A stretch of 64,000 bases of DNA from Gammaproteobacteria bacterium (GTDB lineage: Bacteria; Pseudomonadota; Gammaproteobacteria; Steroidobacterales; Foliamicaceae). Shown here one piece after another: positions 63,044-64,000 of this stretch. The translations under genes and the position numbers were made by a program. The stretch spans positions 92,134 to 156,133 of the forward strand of contig OZ243929.1 of assembly GCA_965213995.1 (NCBI GenBank), written 5' to 3'. Under the pieces are notes generated by a model. It made no database searches and had not been told where the DNA came from. It worked only from the letters and a program-made list of their open reading frames with translations. Numbering within the stretch: position 1 is the first letter of the stretch; each line of letters begins with the position of its first letter.

Positions 63044-63235
63044 TCAGGAATCCTGCAAAAAGTATTCACCAAATTCGGTTGATAAGCTCGAATTATCACC
63101 AGATCGGGTCTCCCCTAGGTTGACCGTTTTGACGGTCGGCGGGCGCCAGGAGCGTTTGCGGGGTTTCTCTAGAAATTCAGGGGGGGGGGGGGGGGGGGGG
63201 GTAAGGTTGCGATTCTTGTTAGGCCGGGATCTCAT
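63044..63235 (-). CDS. Candidate lasso-type precursor, hybrid (type-1 N-terminus + type-2 leader/core), in frame
   Basis: RBS AGGAGG, 9 nt, then ATG (63235). MRSRPNKNRNLT-PPPPPPP-EFLEKPRKRSWRPPTVKTVNLGETR|SGDNSSLSTEFGEYFLQDS*. Part of track ORF 63044..63289. Confidence 0.5.
   Translation of the reverse strand: MRSRPNKNRNLTPPPPPPPEFLEKPRKRSWRPPTVKTVNLGETRSGDNSSLSTEFGEYFLQDS
63180..63201. repeat. Homopolymer G22 (C22 on the coding strand)
   Basis: aaattcaGGGGGGGGGGGGGGGGGGGGGGtaaggttgcgattc. Confidence 0.9.
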
Positions 63236-63392
63236 TCGACTGTACCTCCTTTCGGGAGTTGGCGTTGGCAAGAGCGTCAACTGTAACAAACCCCCGCGAT
63301 ATGTAAACTACCCGCAAGCTGCGGCCTCAGTCCGTCGGCTCGCCGATGAAGATCGGTGCGCGCGCGCCAAGCCGTTTCGTCGCCGGGAGCTT

Positions 63393-63965
63393 TCAGGCCC
63401 GCTCCACCTCGAACGCCGCCAAGTTGCGGTCGGACTTGCTGAATTCGACGGCGACCAGGTGGATCGGCTCGCCCAAGGCGCGGTACTTCCCGGCGTAGTC
63501 CCTGGCTTTCAACTGCGCCATCGCGGCGGCGTAGTAGAGCGGCCGGGCGCCAATGTGGTCCCGGGCAAGAAGCAGCCGGCGGCGTTCGGCGTCCCACGCG
63601 GCGAAAGCGTAATCGCCGTACAGCCGCTGCGGACACTCCGCGCCCCATTTGCGCCAGGCGCGCAAAATCAATTCCGCGTCCGTCAGCGGCTCGTCCTTTC
63701 GTTCGGAAACGCCCAGCGCGGCGCGCAACTCGTCGCGCCCGTCGATGCGGGCGCTTGCGACCACCCAATCGCCCTCGCCGCCGCGCGCGCAGCAGGCCGC
63801 GCCGTCCGCCGCCTCATGCCCGCGCCAGCCCAAGCGGGCCGCTTCCGCCGTCCAGGCCGCGGTGGCATCTGTTCGGCGCCCGGGCAGGGCGGCCACCATG
63901 GCATCGAGCGCCGCCGCGCCGGGGTCGCCGCGCAAGGCTTGGATTCCGCAGATCATGCTGGCCAT
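63393..63965 (-). pseudogene. Chimeric ORF: first ~147 codons of the cyclase fused to the C-terminal tail of an unrelated (PD-(D/E)XK / AAA-ATPase-like C-terminal type) gene
   Basis: Identical to cyclase 2 up to ..ARPLYYAAA, then MAQLKARDYAGKYRALGEPIHLVAVEFSKSDRNLAAFEVERA*. The junction is at ~63523. Confidence 0.7.
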
Positions 63966-64000
63966 TCAGTCTTCCGGGAGCGCTTCCAGGCACCGTTCGA
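63523..64000. repeat. Near-identical duplication, copy 2 (copy 1 = 56821..57298)
   Basis: See 56821..57298. It extends to the window edge. Confidence 0.9.

Noticed and set aside
41197-63201. The poly-G tracts as plus-strand promoter-spacer or 5'-UTR elements, or as G-quadruplex motifs
   Set aside because: No plus-strand gene starts downstream of most tracts. Every tract in the 41-63 kb region is preceded, on the minus strand, by an RBS and ATG within 12-42 nt. The flanking conservation is frame-consistent with coding. A structural DNA role cannot be excluded, but the data do not need it.
1-64000. CRISPR arrays, tRNA, rRNA and other structured RNA genes
   Set aside because: I could see no regularly spaced direct repeats, no cloverleaf-like segments and no rRNA-like conserved blocks by eye. 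A covariance-model scan (tRNAscan-SE, Infernal/Rfam) would be needed to exclude small ncRNAs.

Overview
This is a high-GC (by eye about 65%) proteobacterial-type accessory region. It is dominated by surface-polysaccharide genes: fcl, UXS, epimerases, a sugar dehydrogenase, GT4/GT8, a priming phosphotransferase, a flippase and an O-antigen-ligase-like gene. It also holds a repeatedly duplicated carbamoyltransferase / sxtJ-like / DUF5989 / SGNH module, many paralogous P-loop ATPases, toxin-antitoxin modules, and IS481/IS3/IS30/IS1634-type remnants. An unusual number of gene fragments are re-used at recombination junctions. The right half (39-64 kb) carries multi-copy lasso-peptide-type machinery: a PqqD RRE, two full and one truncated Asn-synthetase-like cyclase, two HPr-kinase-like proteins, three sulfotransferases, an Asp beta-hydroxylase-family oxygenase and a GT8. 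Alongside it sits a family of small RBS-preceded minus-strand ORFs whose 5' ends each contain a 13-22 nt homopolymeric C (poly-Pro) tract. Three of these have a conserved lasso-like leader and hypervariable Ser-terminated cores. Two copies are out of frame by one nucleotide and one is a flank hybrid, which suggests slipped-strand ON/OFF switching and cassette shuffling at the tract. Other candidate systems are a Ubl / E1(ThiF) / DUF6527 / DUF2971 island (59.2-61.8 kb), an XRE-ImmA / PIN-like / DUF1998-helicase operon (12.6-16.7 kb) and an unknown low-GC two-gene operon (18.6-20.1 kb). I recognised no rRNA, tRNA or CRISPR array. All family assignments come from motif recognition by eye, not from searches.
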